Positions 33,233 through 47,826 of a stretch of 64,000 bases of DNA are shown here, piece after piece. This DNA is from Lytechinus pictus (lineage: Eukaryota). The position numbers and the translations under genes are program-made. The stretch spans positions 6,202,001 to 6,266,000 of the forward strand of contig NC_087245.1 of the NCBI RefSeq assembly GCF_037042905.1. The letters are read 5' to 3'. Within the stretch, counting starts at the first letter, position 1, and each line of letters starts with the position of its first letter. The notes under the pieces are model-generated. The model was not told where the DNA came from. It did not search any database and saw only the letters and a program-made list of their open reading frames with translations.

Positions 33233-34582
33233 ATAATAATGAAAATAATAGTAATGATAACAATAGTCATAATGATAATAATTATACCCAATATTTATAA
33301 CAAGTTTTCCCAAATGCCAAAAGCGCTTACAATTTCAGTTTAAATTCATACAAAAACAAATACAGAATGACATACAAGTTTTTAGAGACTTATTAAATGA
33401 TTTAATAATAAAGTTAAACCAAGGAGCTTGAAGCTCATTGTTAAAGTTACTGTTTCCTCCTATGTTCACCTTTTGTAACAGAATAAATAACCTCTCCTCC
33501 CTCTTTTTATAAATGTCTATAACTCTCACCTCACCCTCTCTCTTCCTACCCCTTCTCTCCATCTCTCTCTCCCTTCCCCGCTCTCTCCCCCTCCCTCCCA
33601 CCCACCCACCCCATTCATTCTTACTTCCTCATCTCTGCTGCTCTCATGAAAAATTACACTGATCTGATTCATTAAATTTCAGTCATATTTTATCATAATC
33701 AAAATAATGAACAAGGATTCTTTTATTTCTCTTTATTACAGTCAATTTCAATGTCGAGAAAAGAGAAAACATCATAAAAATCAGCAATAAAAGTACAAAT
33801 ACCAATGTCTTACTTTTACTGTAGTACAAATATAGCTTTTCTGTAAAAATATATACTGCAATATGGCAGTTCTTATTTCATGATGTAAAGCACAGAAATA
33901 TTAGTCAATCAAAAATTCTTAGGAGGAAAATAATTTGTTAAATTCTTTATATTCCAAATAGCTGTGATGTATATAATATTACATTGTCCATAAAATATCC
34001 CATATAGAAATATATATGCATGAAATACATCAGTAACAATATACAATTATACACTGAATATTAGTTATCACTATTATATCCTTCTTCTGTCTATATATGT
34101 GAGACATACATGAACATTTACTACTTGTATATTATAACACATAATCATATTAGGAATGCAAGAAAATACATGTAGATTGGTCTCATTTCTTAAATACATC
34201 TATGAATAAACAAGCAGCTAATAATTCCAAAGGCAGGATTAGAAAGACACATTTCACAGAGATTGCTATTCATGTTAATCCAACAGAATTGATAAAAACA
34301 GGTATAACTTTCTTCAGCATTTTCAAATATTCCCATCATCGGCCCAGTAGTGAGAATACCTCATACATACTATGTGGCAGGAATTAGTAGAGGGCTGAGG
34401 CATTGATTCAATGAAACAAAGAAAGGAAAAGTAAAAAAAAAAAGGAAACTAGAATCTACAAGATGTAATTAATTGTAGTTCCTTACTTTGAAAAAAAAAA
34501 GCCCTACATGAAACATAAGAAAGAAATGTTTTGAAACAGTGTCATAAAAATACCAATACATAAACTCCAAAATGGTAACCAG

Positions 34583-35332
34583 GGGTGGTATTCTGGAACA
34601 CTGTCATAACTTTTGTCATAAATATTGTCATTTCTTTCCGAGATGTGACACCGCTATGATTGTCACAAATCGGTATTCTGAACATTGTCTTTTCCCTGTC
34701 ATATCTCTCTGAGTTCCCGCCCATCCTTTCGGAAGCAAACCAATCAAAATCATTGTTAGATCCCAGTGGGAGCCCTTCTAGCCAATAGGAAGGCCTCGTG
34801 GCTGGAAGGGCGTATCCCAAATACAGTTGCTGGCATCGCGCAACTAAGGGTATATTGATGCGCTTAATTACAAAGAGAGACAGGAGATGTGAAGGATTTT
34901 AGAAGAGAAATGGAAAAGGAAGGAAAACAGAGAAAAAATGAGAAATTAATATTTAGGGCCTCACTAATTGTAGCATGAAAAAATAATTTTGAAAATTGCC
35001 ATGGATGAGTGAAACTAATACTACAATCTAATCTAAATAATATCAGTATATGCTTGACATTCAGTTGGTAGGGTATCAGGTTATTTGGTACAAAAAGATA
35101 TGACAAAATTTATGACTGCTACCCCCTGTCATAACTTTTGTCATATCTTTTGCTTGTATAAAAGGATTACGTGCATTTAAAGCCGCATATTTTTGGTGTG
35201 CACTAAAGAGAAGAGACAAAATTTATGACAATTTTTGTGACAAAAGTTATGACATCCACCAGAATAAAGATTTTGTCATATCTCTGAGAAAAGATAAAAT
35301 ATGGAGAAAAGGCAATGTTCAGAATACCGCCC
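34583..35332. mobile_element. Harbinger-like MITE, CAG TSD
   Basis: CAG|GGGTGGTATTCTG ... CAGAATACCGCCC|CAG; repeated TGTCATAACTTTTGTCA motifs in both orientations. Confidence 0.75.
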
Positions 35333-36565
35333 CAGATTTATATATCTCTGCCAGAATCTGTAAAAATAAAATAATGTTATCAATGGGGAAACTTATTTGT
35401 CTTCGAGACAATCACTTGCAGAAACCATAAAGGTCTATACACTGAATATAGGTGTATTACTCTCTTTTCTTCATAACACAAGTCACACAGATTAAATTTT
35501 TAAAAATGACATGCTTCTCCAAATTCAATACAAATTTACTTTGTTTCATTATAACACAGAAACATACCTTAACTCAAACCTTATTAATAATAATATATCA
35601 ATTGATTGTAATAGTGCAGTTACCTACTTCACTACATACTTGGTAAAATATTGTTACCCTAGCTCACTGTATATAGGTGCTTAAGCATTCAAAGAATAAA
35701 TCCCTTTGGGTACCCATTCACCTCTTCTGGGTCGAGTATAGCCAGAACGGATCATTTTCTTGTTTTAAGAAAATTGACTCCAGAGAGTAGAATTCGAAAT
35801 CATGACCCTCTCTCTGATCAAAAGGCTTTTAGTTTCCTCACAAATGCTAACCTGTTAAAAAATACCTGTATTAACCCTCCTAAATTTATCTTACTGGCTA
35901 GATATCCATATTTATTCACTGTAGCTATTCAAATGTGTGTGTGCATTGCATACCATGCAATCTGTTTTAATTTTCATGCAATTTGATATGGAAATTAAAC
36001 GTAAATGAAACAAAAACAAACATAAAACCACAACCACTGAAATGATATACATTTATGTAACATAAACAAATCTAAACAGGACCAGCCTGAGGTTAGTTCA
36101 ATTCAAATATAGACATAATACTTTATCTTATCTTACAAGGCACTAACAAATTTAAATATTTCATTATTTGAAATTTTTTCAAATCTCATGAGTGACCAAA
36201 TATAAATTCATGAAAATTAACTTTTTTTATGTGTTCATAGGAATAATTGATTCAGCCATGATAAATACATGTTCAGGCAAATGATAGAAAACGCCTTACA
36301 CTATAAATTGTAATGACTGCATTCGATAAAATGAAAAAGCTGTAAAAACCAAATTTAGCAGTAAATAAAAGAAACAAAAGCAACAAAATTGATGAAATGA
36401 TTGCTTCATGGTTAAGGCCCTGTTCAATTATGAGTATCGAGCAAATGAATGCATGCTTAGCATTCATCTATTTGTGCAAGTTTCAAAATATGCTCTGGGC
36501 TTACTTCATATCTTATTAACATGGACATAGCAACTGATGAGCCTACAGATGTTGACTACATAATA

Positions 36566-37551
36566 CAGTGCGTATCAAAAAAAAGTTTACACTTAGAAAA
36601 AATCCTATAAAATTATACATTTGTAATATCCTGAAGATTTTTTCACATTTTAACATTGGTACAGATCCATTTAAGCAAATGACGATATAACTGTCGAAAA
36701 ATATTTCCGCTTGAGTGAGCACCACTTACTTTTGAAAAGTTAGTGAAAAATGATTTGCGCAGAACTTTGAAATAGTTATGCGAATAAAAGTGGACCTTAA
36801 TCATGAATAACACGTGAAATTTAACGAGTAAAATTGATTTGAAGATATCTTATACCTTTTTAACTTGTTTCATTGCCCAAACCACTTCGAGGAGTGCATT
36901 GCGCCCCACCCCACTCCCCCACACACCGAGGCCATAGTGACAATATTTCCTTTACACTGAGCTGTGATTTACATGAAATGGCTTAGGCTTGATTTTCATT
37001 TTGTTAATCATTGTCAAGCTTGGGAAAAGTGTGGAGAAACAAGTATTAAATGAAAAATGAAATGTAAACCCACATCAAATGATAAAAACTTAGTGAAAAA
37101 ATGCTGGAGATGTCTGATATAAACTTTTGTTCAGATTCAGTTATGTCCTCAGATCCATCTGGCACAAAAAGGGTAAAGGTTGTGTTTACTAAGTGTTGAA
37201 ATTTAAATTTGGGTGGCAAAATTGTTAGAAAATGCTTAAATGTATCCGTTTTATTTCAATTGACTAAAAGTGCAAGGAAAATGTATGAGAAATGTTTCGC
37301 AGGGTAAGTTTGATTTCGCCCTTTCCCCTTGACACAGCGTACAAACGAGCATTTCTGCGCAAACAGATTTCTGCGAGCTTTACAAAAATGGACATTGCTC
37401 ACTCAAGTGTAACATTCTGTCAAAACTTTTACTTTCATCGGATAGATGAGACTCAAACCCAAGATTATATGTGAAAAAATAACCCACATGTTGTATATTT
37501 TTTAATTCCCAGGGCTTTTCCAAAGTGTAAACTTTTTTTTTATACGCACTG
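36566..37551. mobile_element. Tc1/mariner-type MITE
   Basis: TA|CAGTGCGTATCAAAAAAAAGTTTACACTT ... AAGTGTAAACTTTTTTTTTATACGCACTG|TA. Confidence 0.9.
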
Positions 37552-39528
37552 TATAAGCAATGAATAGAAGAGTATAGAAAGTAGACATCTAGCAAAAGCT
37601 GAGCAAACAAACTTAATGACCAGGGAATGTCAAATGACTGTGTGTCATTTTGTGGAACAAAATTTAGCTAAACAGCTCTTTACTCATTAATTTGCACTGT
37701 GATATGTTATATTGTGATGAGGTCTTAAATATAACACTCTGAGCAAGATATATGAACAAAAGACCAGTTTAAATAAGGTCAAAAACAAAACTGAAAGGAA
37801 ATCCCATCATCAAAGCATGTATTGTGTAGGTACTCAATAGTGCTCCTGCTCACTAAATTTTCATATCAAATAACTAAATGCAAACTTCCATACACCACAA
37901 TTCTGTTCAGACAAGATCCAATTCAATTAGGAAAAGAAACTATATGTATATAATTTGTAAATATAATCTTTGCATAACATGTTTAGTCATGTAAATCTAA
38001 TTGTTCATTCATAAACATTTGCATAATTATCATTCATACAATTTCAATGAAATGGCAGCTACTGCACAATGAATCTCTTCTTGCTTTATTTACTCTTGAG
38101 CCACAATACAATCATGGAAGTGGGTAAACAATGCTCATTAACGACAAAATACACTGGCTATTTGGAATATTCCATTAATATAAATGTGTACACATTAAAC
38201 AGCCATAACTCTATCATTTGAGGTGGAAATTTTACACCTAGTTGCAAACGGCAAAGTAATAAATTAAAAAGTATCCAAACAGCACCATTAAATGATTTTG
38301 CACCACAAGCCATAAACGCATCTTGCAATAAAAAGTTGAGTATAATTCTTATTTTACTGTGAGTTGAGTAGCACACAATCTCGCCCAATGTTTACTGTTT
38401 AGTCAGCTATAAAACAACTTTCTTAAAACATTTATGAAATATTAATGGATGACTTATGAATGACCAGAATATGATAAGAAATATGTGATTCCACATTCTA
38501 AATTGATTGTATCAGCAAGAGTTGAATATGAAGATAAGGCTAACACAATGTGGGTGGCCCTGCACAACAGCGTGTGAAACACAGACACCATAACTGCTGG
38601 GAGGAATCTTTGACGGTAAGGTAGTACCCTTATCATGGCATCATTGATATCTTACAGCTATGTCCTTTGCTGTCTGACCTTAAGGACTATGATTGAATTG
38701 CCAGTTAAATCATGGATTTGGGTTTTGAATTTGAGACAAAGTTACTACCTTTCATTGACATTATTAGAAATATTTGACCACACTTTGTGTGACATTCAAG
38801 TAGAACTTTGGGCATCCCTTTGCCATTTAATATTCCAGTCATTTGAAAAGTCATGAATAACCTCATTTTCAAGTGTCACGAAAAAACACAAACTTATAAA
38901 GAACTCATACTATTCTGAATAATGGAAGTATTAAATCCTGATAAACAGATCTTTATGTGTAAACGTAAAAGAGAACTAATTTGAGGCTACATTTACATTT
39001 TTAGCAAAGCTGTAATATGAAAATTTAAAAATCTCAAAGCAGCTTATTTAAATGTCAGCCCATTTTAGGTTTAAAGATAAGCAAAAGATATTTTAAAACA
39101 TCTGAACTCAAATCATACATTCCTAGACAGACAGATATTGATTTTATTTTCTGTTAACTTTCAATTTTACATTGAAATAATGACATCTATTAGCCATCAT
39201 TAATTCAGTCTTAGAACTTTTCTTCTGGTTAGTGTATCTTCTTATTAATCAAAGCTTAATCACCATCTTATTGTCATTGACACCTCCCCACTGGATAAGG
39301 TCACATCCCCCACTGACCTCTCTCTCTCTCAAGATCAAATGAAATCTGAGTACTGAAGCTTATCCTGCACCCTGCCAGTTGGTGGAAGACATTCCTAGGA
39401 CATCTCAAAGACAGAGTAGCTACCTCTCTGGAGATAAATTCCAGTTCATTCTCCCAATTCTCCATTGATGTCTTTAGACTGGGAATACAGGAACTGGTCT
39501 CTTATTCTTGCTGGTAATGAAATCAGTT

Positions 39529-39648
39529 TCAACTTTCTTTATCTCTAGCCATTTGGCGGAAGACTGTCTCAAAGCCTGGCATGGTCATACTTGTTTCCTT
39601 CAGTTCTCTGACCATTGATCTCAGGTTTTCTATCTCCATATCTTTAGC
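39529..39648 (-). CDS. ITPRID/SSFA2-like gene, last coding exon (11)
   Basis: ATAG|GCT acceptor; AKDMEIENLRSMVRELKE...RDKES*; stop at 39531-39529. Confidence 0.7.
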   Translation of the reverse strand, partial: AKDMEIENLRSMVRELKETSMTMPGFETVFRQMARDKES

Positions 39649-40552
39649 CTATTTATCAAACAAGACAGAAACATGCAAAAAAAAAAAATATGTAAATACT
39701 AATAAAGTACAGTTCTTGAAATAAACCAAGCACAAACTTCAACTCCCTATACATCAGCATTATAAACTCTATTATTCTAAAATATGCTATAACTTTATCA
39801 AATGGGCTTATATTTCTAAATTGAAAGTGTGATGATGCAATATCAAATCTATTCATATTGAGTAAACATACTTACTCAACTGTTGAGGAGTTTTATTTTC
39901 ATTTTCGCCACAGAGGAAAGGAGAGTGGAGACAGGATAACTTACAAAATAACATTTACTATGAAAATTTATTATTGTTCAACAGAAGTGGTATTGAGCTA
40001 GAGGAAGCAGACTATGATAGTAATCTGACATTTCAATTTATTTCAAAATCAAAAGTGTGAATAAAGAAATAAAAATTCACTTATTTTCATAGAAATCACT
40101 GGAAACAAATGCAAAAATATATAGTTTTATTTACTTACAATTGGTAAGTAAAAACAGAAAAAGAAATAGATGAATTTTATAAATGCCACAAATAAAAAGG
40201 AGGAACCTCATACCTTTATGGTTACTAATGCAGTCAGGTGAATATACTCTATGCACGACTAATACATGTTTGTTAGTTACAACATACATTGATACATATA
40301 TGATTAATATGGGATTGAACAACTATGAACATTTGACTGTATGGATTAATGAATGAACTTGTAGGATGTCTCATTTGAATTTAGGGAACAATACACAATA
40401 CAAGTCATGATATTCAACTTTAGCAGATGAAATAAACACTTGGAAATTATTATCCATGCCAATTATTGTGAATTTAATTTTTCTCTTTGAAGAGAAAAAT
40501 CAAAATCAAAACTAAATCAAATTAATATTAAAATAACAAATCAGTTATGTAC

Positions 40553-40627
40553 CTGCATCTGAACTTGCAACAACTGGGATTCCATATGAATTTCCCTCCT
40601 CACTTCAGACAGGATAGACTGTCTCAC
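40553..40627 (-). CDS. ITPRID/SSFA2-like gene, exon 10
   Basis: CTCTAG| ... |GTACAT; VRQSILSEVRREIHMESQLLQVQMQ, phase 0/0. Confidence 0.8.
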
Positions 40628-41835
40628 CTAGAGGAATAATGGAATAACCCAGTACCCAAATCATAAACATGCACTGAAAATAATTTAATCAAATTTGAAG
40701 TATGGTTCATTCAGTTAATAAGGTATCAAAATATATTGATTGAAAGCTTGAAAACTCTCTGATGAAATGATATTATAAACATGCCCTTCTAATAAAATAA
40801 ACCAATTATTTTTGCTATGAAATATAACAAGCTATTCCAATGCTTAACAAAAAAATTAGCTTAATGCGTGTTAGAATCATACCATAATGCTGCATTACTA
40901 TTAGTATAAAGATAAACTAACTACTGTGTATATGAAATTACATCTTCTAATGAAAACAAATATAAAGGTTTTAAAAAGCTCATAAATTGATTCCCATAAA
41001 CCTAGAGAGATTGAAAAACAAAATCATATGGAAACATGATGTTAATGTCCGTTGATGATATGGGAAACAAATAACAGATTAGACAAACTAAAATGCAAAG
41101 AAAGAGCTCTACATTATTTTTTTATATAGGTTTTATAGATTGGAACTGTAATTATATAAAAACAATATAATATAGCACTTTTCACATAGGAACCACATCA
41201 GTAAGTGCATTACAGATATACTATTGTTTTATTTGATGAAGATCAAACTTTTCACCGTATTGCCCTTGCCATTGAATGAAGGGAAAATAACAATGACCAT
41301 CCCATTTTGAATTTTAGAATTTTTATTGGTTAGCCTTTCAAAAAATAAATCTGTAGAAATGCTTTTATTGCTATAGCAAACATAATTTTTCATTTTTTCA
41401 AGGCCAGTCTACTGAAAGCTTTGCTACATTTTCGCTTCTTCACCGAGTATAAAAGTACATTTTAGTCAAAACTAATATTAAAAATAGAGTTACTTGTGTA
41501 AGAAAAATAAAAGTTTAACGTTGAAGATTGAATCATTATTTATAGAAAGCAGCAAAGGTAGAGGCCAAAACAAGTTTTGTTCTACTTGCCATGGCTGATT
41601 TTGAAACAAAGGATAAATGCCAGTTCTATTTCTTTTTTCTTCGTTTTATTTTGTAAGAACAATTAAAAAAATCAAATAGCTTTGAAATCATAGGAGGTTT
41701 TCCTCTTTATTTTGTTAATAGTAAGACATAAGATGTATAATCTAGAGCAGAAGATGATAGAGAATGTTATGAAACTAGCAGGTGATAGTACATTGAGAAG
41801 CAAAGAAGCAAGATGGATTGGACAATGGTCCTTAC

Positions 41836-42219
41836 CTCTCTGACTGCCATGACAACATCCTGTTTGGCTTTGAATTTCATCTTCTTCAAGGCACTCTGTG
41901 CTTTCTGCAGTTCTTCAATCAACTCCCTCTGGCTCATGGTACCAGGGTATGATAGATCAGATGTAGCTTCATCAGTCTCTCCTTCAGACTGATTCCCATC
42001 ATCATCCACTGAACCTCCAAAGGTAGCATCAACCAGGCGATTCCTAGGTTTGGATGATTGCACTGACCAGGAAGGGGTAGGTGAGCTACTGTTCTCCAAG
42101 GCCTGAAGATCATCTAAGAAGCTACGCAATGATGTCTGCTCTTTAAGTAGATCTACCATCTGACACATGACATGAGACAGGCTAGGTGACCATAAAGACT
42201 CCTTTTCACTCTCATTCTC
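41836..42219 (-). CDS. ITPRID/SSFA2-like gene, exon 9
   Basis: CACAG| ... |GTAAG; includes VMCQMVDLLKEQTSLR and a coiled-coil-like end. Confidence 0.8.
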
Positions 42220-42489
42220 CTGTGATTGATATTAGAGAAAAAATGTGCTGAATATCCAGAAAAGTAAGTTTCGACATCATTAGTATACATAGTTAAGACT
42301 TCTTTTGCCAAAAGATTCATTGGGTAATATTTTATGAAATGTGAACCTAGATGCCAAAGAGTCAATGGATTGTGACTGGATTTTATCCTTTGAATGGCCA
42401 ACTTACACTAATTTGAGTACTGAACAAAGATTGCATGTTTAAAGTTTTGTTAGAATTCCTAATGCAGGTAATTGTTTTTCTAGTACCAG

Positions 42490-42699
42490 GGGGGTATTTC
42501 ACAAAGATTTAAGTATGACTTAATTCGCACTTAAATGCCAACGCTTACATGATATGCAACGCGCAATCTTAATGATCAATACGCAGTAGTGCGCGTCCTC
42601 TTGGCATGATCTGCCCGATGCGGTCATACCTTTTATACCGTGCGCAACTAGACATTTAAGGGCGACTAAGTCATACTTAAATCTTTGTGAAACACCTCC
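42490..42699. mobile_element. Palindromic Harbinger-like MITE
   Basis: TTTCACAAAGATTTAAGTATGACTTA / TAAGTCATACTTAAATCTTTGTGAAA. Confidence 0.8.
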
Positions 42700-43198
42700 A
42701 ATCCAATCTGATCCTCATGTTTTGAAGGACTGCTACACAAAAAAGTCTTGTAGCAAAATTTTACATAGGAATGTACAGACCTTAGTTGACAGCTAAAAAA
42801 TGCTAATCAAATTTGGTAAGCAAAATTATTCTCCATTATGTTAAACATAACACACAAAAAAAAGAACCCACCCCCAATAAAAATGCAAACTGGTCAAGAA
42901 ACAAAGGCACCTGCATCATTAAAAGACTGCAAATTTGTTTTTACTCTATTATGAAATGGCTCTTATGACTTTTGAAAAGTGACCAGTTTGCGTTTAACAT
43001 GAGCTCTCTCATGCGTAACAAATCAGTTGACAGATGCATTTCAGTTTTACACAAAACTTACTCGTAAAGTGTCAACAGTTTGTACCATATGTGCTGAAAA
43101 CCTTTTTTGTTAAAAAGCAATGCCACTTCAATATATGGGAAATTTACATTTGTATTACATTCCTATAGTCATTATTATCTCTGGAAGGAAAGTCATAC

Positions 43199-43307
43199 CA
43201 TGTCTATGGATATCACTGCCTGAAATTTCTCCATTAGATTTGTTTGAAGACTTTGAATCTCATCCTTGATCTTGTGACGAACTTTAGACAAGCTGTGTAA
43301 GTCAGAT
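43199..43307 (-). CDS. ITPRID/SSFA2-like gene, exon 8
   Basis: TTTAG| ... |GTATGA; SDLHSLSKVRHKIKDEIQSLQTNL; phase 2 in, 0 out. Confidence 0.82.
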
Positions 43308-43728
43308 CTAAAAATGAAATGAAATTCTCACTTTGATTTCATGTCTCAATACAAATAGTTCAAACATTCAAAGATCAATTAGAAATACTTTGATAAATAA
43401 AGCAACTATAGAACCCTAATTTGCAACATTAATTTGTTAAATAAGACCTTCATCATGATTGTATTATTCAAAGGACTAATTACATGTACGTGTACCTTTG
43501 AAAATCACTAAAGAATGTTACTATATTATATTTAATAATGAGCACTTCAATATCCTCATTTGGTTGGTAAAGAGATACACTAACAATAATTACACAATTA
43601 TAAAAAAATAATACAATGGCTGCAATTTCAGGCAAGTAGCTCTGTTTACATTTAATAATAGAATTTCAAATCACTGCATCAAATTTATTTACTGAAAGAT
43701 TAGATGCATGATCATAGGCATCACAAAC

Positions 43729-43856
43729 CTCTCTTCTGGGCTTAAAGCAAATCCAACATCTTGAAAAAGTTTTGAAGACCACAATTCCAGCTCTTCTAGA
43801 TCCTGATGGTATCTGCCTAATGCCCTCTGTAGGAGTTTGAGATCCTCCACAGCTTC
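43729..43856 (-). CDS. ITPRID/SSFA2-like gene, exon 7 (SSFA2 C-terminal coiled region)
   Basis: EAVEDLKLLQRALGRYHQDLEELE...LSPEER; a different frame from the track ORF 43666-43866. Confidence 0.8.
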
Positions 43857-44076
43857 CTGCATTCAACCATTGAAATGAGAATTTATATCACAAATCAGTC
43901 ATGATGATTATCAAAACTGCATTCAAATGTACATGCTGATGGATGCCAATGAAAAGGTGCACAAAGCACAACATTTCACTATCATTTCATTTTTTGTTTC
44001 AACATGCTTAGCAATCAATTAAAAAACCAACAAAAAGAAGATTGTTTGACAAGTTCATCACAATGACTCATATCAT

Positions 44077-44600
44077 TTTTTTTTTTCAATACAATAATCA
44101 AGTTCATAATCATAATACCCGTTCTTCCAATAAATTTCATTTATGGTCTATCAAGTCTAGTCACGAAGCTAAATCATTGAGTTATGTAGGTCCCAAACAA
44201 TGGAACGAGATTCCCCAAATAATAACTAATTCACAATTTATATCATCCTTTAGAAAACAGTACAAAAATTTTCTAGTAAATGATTATTAATTTTCGCAGT
44301 TGATATCAATGCATTACTTGTACCATATCTACCCCCCTCCTTCGATTTGTGTCTTTTTGTATTCTTTGTTGTTGTTTTTTTCCTCCTTTTTCCTACATTG
44401 TATTTACTATGATGATATGACATTCTGTTTTTTATTATTCAATATTGTTGTCGTTTTACTATGTTTTGGCGATCCAGCCTTACAGGTTTCATATAACCTT
44501 CATGGAAAGCCACGCAATTTATTTTATTATCTAATCACATTATTTGATGTTTCTTTGTATTTTTATCTTATTTTGCGAAATAAAGATTGAATTGAATTGG
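44077..44600 (+). mobile_element. 5'-truncated L2/CR1-group LINE 3' end
   Basis: HNHNTR...GPKQWNEIP...SSFRKQYK* C-terminus, AATAAA plus (ATTGA)n tail, ATATCAT at 44070-76 and 44601-07. Confidence 0.85.
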
Positions 44601-44805
44601 ATATCATATCTATTGAAGTGTAATTAAACATGAGATGAGACCATCTACCCAACTTAGTAATAACAATTATAATGAGGATAATAATGATAGATATTCATAT
44701 ACTGCTATCTATTTAAGGCGCACAAGAAAATTTAAATAATAGTTAGGATGAGCCAAAAAGTTATAATACTAGAGTAGATAATCTAGGAGAAAAATAAGTA
44801 CTTAC

Positions 44806-44856
44806 ATTATGATTGGCTGATTTTAATGGCACTGATGATGATAACAAAGGGTGATC
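44806..44856 (-). CDS. ITPRID/SSFA2-like gene, exon 6 (51-bp, frame-neutral)
   Basis: TTTTGTTTTCAG| ... |GTAAGT; DHPLLSSSVPLKSANHN. Confidence 0.65.
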
Positions 44857-45411
44857 CTGAAAACAAAAGAGAATAACACCAATTAAAGTACATCTGAGAG
44901 GAAATATAAATTGTTCGCTTACAAGATGCTAACATTCTAATATATCATTACATCTTGGCCCAGTTACAAAAATTATACAATTGGATGAGAATGTTTATTA
45001 TATAGTTTAGTATGTTAATAAGGCAAAAACCAGTAACATGTATAATTTCATGAGAAGTTTCAGAAGTCTATGAGTGATAATTCAAAAAATCTAAATCCTT
45101 TCATTTCAAATCACTTTATTTTTTAAGGAAATGAAGCTGCTGTTTAGGAGTTTGTAACTGGCTAGATATTAAGAGCTTTACTGCTTATGGAAGAGCTCTC
45201 TTCAGTTAATTTTAAGCAATGGGTAATCTGAGGGAACATGATCATCTATTTTCACTCGTTTTGACAAGAGGCAAACTGTAAAAAAAAAATCATATACATT
45301 CATATTTAAACTTCATGACAACTACACCTACGTACAAGAAGCTTAGAACTTTTGATGGAAGATATCATCAGTTTGGAGTTACATATATTAATCTCGGTTC
45401 ACAAACCTTAC

Positions 45412-47300
45412 CTGAGATGAAAGAAGTGCTTTAAGTTCTTCTCTAGCCTTAGAGTGTTCTTCTTTGTTGATCATCTCAATTCTTGTGTCTATAACATTAT
45501 CCGGGAGTGGCTGGGAAGCTACTTCCTTTAACAACTGTTCAGGATCTATAGGGATATTTGAAGCACATTCTGTGACCTCCGAAGGTTGAACCTTATCTAT
45601 GTCCGGTCTACTACTAGACAAATCAACTTGGACAGATGACACATCTATAGAAGCAGTGGTCTGAGCTGTAGAAGACAATTTTTCAGTATCAGTTAAGGAC
45701 CCTGGTAATGCTGAAGATACCTCAATAGATCCTGCTGGCAGTGTGGCATCATTCAATGCAATATCCTGAGTTGTGACAGATTGTTCAGTCTCCCCTGAGT
45801 CGGCATTGTTGTGCCAACATTTTACGGATAAACATTCATTTGAAGCAGTTACACATATACCTGATGTCTCCACATGTCTTACATTTTTTAACATCTCAAC
45901 ATCAACGACTAGATTTTCTTTCTCTTCAACTTCTTGCTGATCAGGAATACTGTTCTTCTCGCTAAAATCTAAATCCCTATGTACATCACAATGTTCCACA
46001 TCAAATTCACTTGAGCTGTATGCACTAAATGGCACTTTCTTGTCCCATTGGCACTTGATGAAAGACACATCTGCATCATCATCTGTCACTGTACTAGATG
46101 TCTGACTACTGAATTCACATTGATTGATTTCAGAGAGAGTCTGTTTTACCCTCCTTCCACTTCTCTCACTATCACCAATGTTTCCATTATTACAAGAAAG
46201 TTCATCATTAGATATATCCTCATTTATACATGTAGATAGATTCTCTGATAAAAATTTGTTGGATACTTGGCTACTGAGCTGCACATTGTCGGAGTCACTT
46301 ACAACTGGTATTGCAGGATTAACTTTGACTTCATCAAAACTTACTTGGTGTTCATAATCAGAAGAATGTTTTGACTTTACTGAGACAGACTCTGTGGAAT
46401 GGGATGTTGTAATAGAAAGACGTTGATATGCATCATGGCTTCTGTAGGATGGAATGACATTGGATTCAATGGGTGCAGCATCAGACCCTTCACACACTTC
46501 TTCAACATTTGTCACAATGGCAGCATTACTTTCTTCAGTCACATGTTCCTTGCATTGTTCATCAGGAATGGAAAACTTTGTAACAGATTGCACGAGTCTA
46601 TCTTCCTTGGTTCCACGACCATCATCAGTCAACCCATCTTGACTGAGAAGCTCTTCATCAACTTCATGTAAAACCTCATAGATTTGTTTATGCGACACTT
46701 TCAGACTTGATTCCACCTGTGTTTGTACCCCTTTACTTTCAGCATTACGCTTAAAGCCATACCCTTCTGGATCCACACTTTTCATTTTCATCAATTTGGG
46801 ATGCTTACGTCTGGTTGACTCAGAGGGACCTTGGTTGCTTTCTTTACCAAGTTCTTTTGAGGTTGTGTGAAGGGAAGACAAGATCTCAACAACTGTTTTG
46901 GGTCCTGACTCCTCTATCCTTCTATCCTGTGCTGCAGGGTATGTGCGATGTCTTGTACGTTGTGTGTCACTCTTTAGTAATTCAGTCCCCACTATCGCAT
47001 CATCAAATGGGGAATCATCCAATGAGGTCACAGATGGAAGACTTTGCATTGATTCTTGACTTATTGTAAGTTCTGCATTCTTATCTGAAGCAGCACCAGA
47101 GTTATAGCGTAGTCTCTGGAATTGACTAGAATCCAAGGGTTCTATATCAGCATCAAAACTTGTCTGGGTGATCTTCGAATCAGAGGTAATGGTAGAGTTA
47201 CCAGAAGTGCTTTTGGGTGATTCTGTCTCATTGCTGCCTGTATTTTCATCTGCAAAGCCACTGCTATCTGACTGTGTGCTATCACTGCGGATCAAATTAC
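45412..47300 (-). CDS. ITPRID/SSFA2-like gene, exon 5 (large Ser/Glu/Asp-rich exon)
   Basis: Within the 669-aa ORF; begins LIRSDSTQSDSSGFADE, matching the SDSSGF motif of this family; CTCAG| and |GTAAG. Confidence 0.88.
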
Positions 47301-47753
47301 CTGAGGGAAAACAAAAAGAGAATGTACTACTGGTAAGAGAGAGTATCATTCTTGTACTATTTGATATAAGGGTGGGGGTATAAAAAGTTTTCAGCATTGG
47401 TTTATCAGCTCAAAATATTCAGTGAAATCCTAGCCTTTGCAGTGGACTCTGGCTGTCACTAAAATGTAATATATATGCTGACAAGCTTATTAATGAAATG
47501 TTGCCTAGATCTTCAACATTTAGCATTGGTTCACTATATGTATTAACACAAAAAACAAAATCCCATATTAAAAAAATTACAACTAAAGACATGCCATACA
47601 ATATACAATGGGACATTCTTTCTGTGAATAATTGCACCATCACAAAAAATATAAATTTGAACATGAATTCAAGTATTGTCATTGAATAGATGGTAGAGTG
47701 AATCTAGTAGGTCTATATACAGAAGAATTGCATTTTCTTTTTATCCAGCTCAC

Positions 47754-47826
47754 CTTGGTTATTCAAACTAGCTTCTCCAGTATGATTCATACCATTGTTA
47801 TCTTCCAATCTCTCCTCACTAGAAAG
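47754..47826 (-). CDS. ITPRID/SSFA2-like gene, exon 4
   Basis: TTACAG| ... |GTGAG; 73 bp supplies the phase 0 to 1 change needed between exons 3 and 5. Confidence 0.78.

Noticed and set aside
43666..43866. Track ORF as an ITPRID exon
   Set aside because: Splice phase and family similarity support a different frame (43729-43856).
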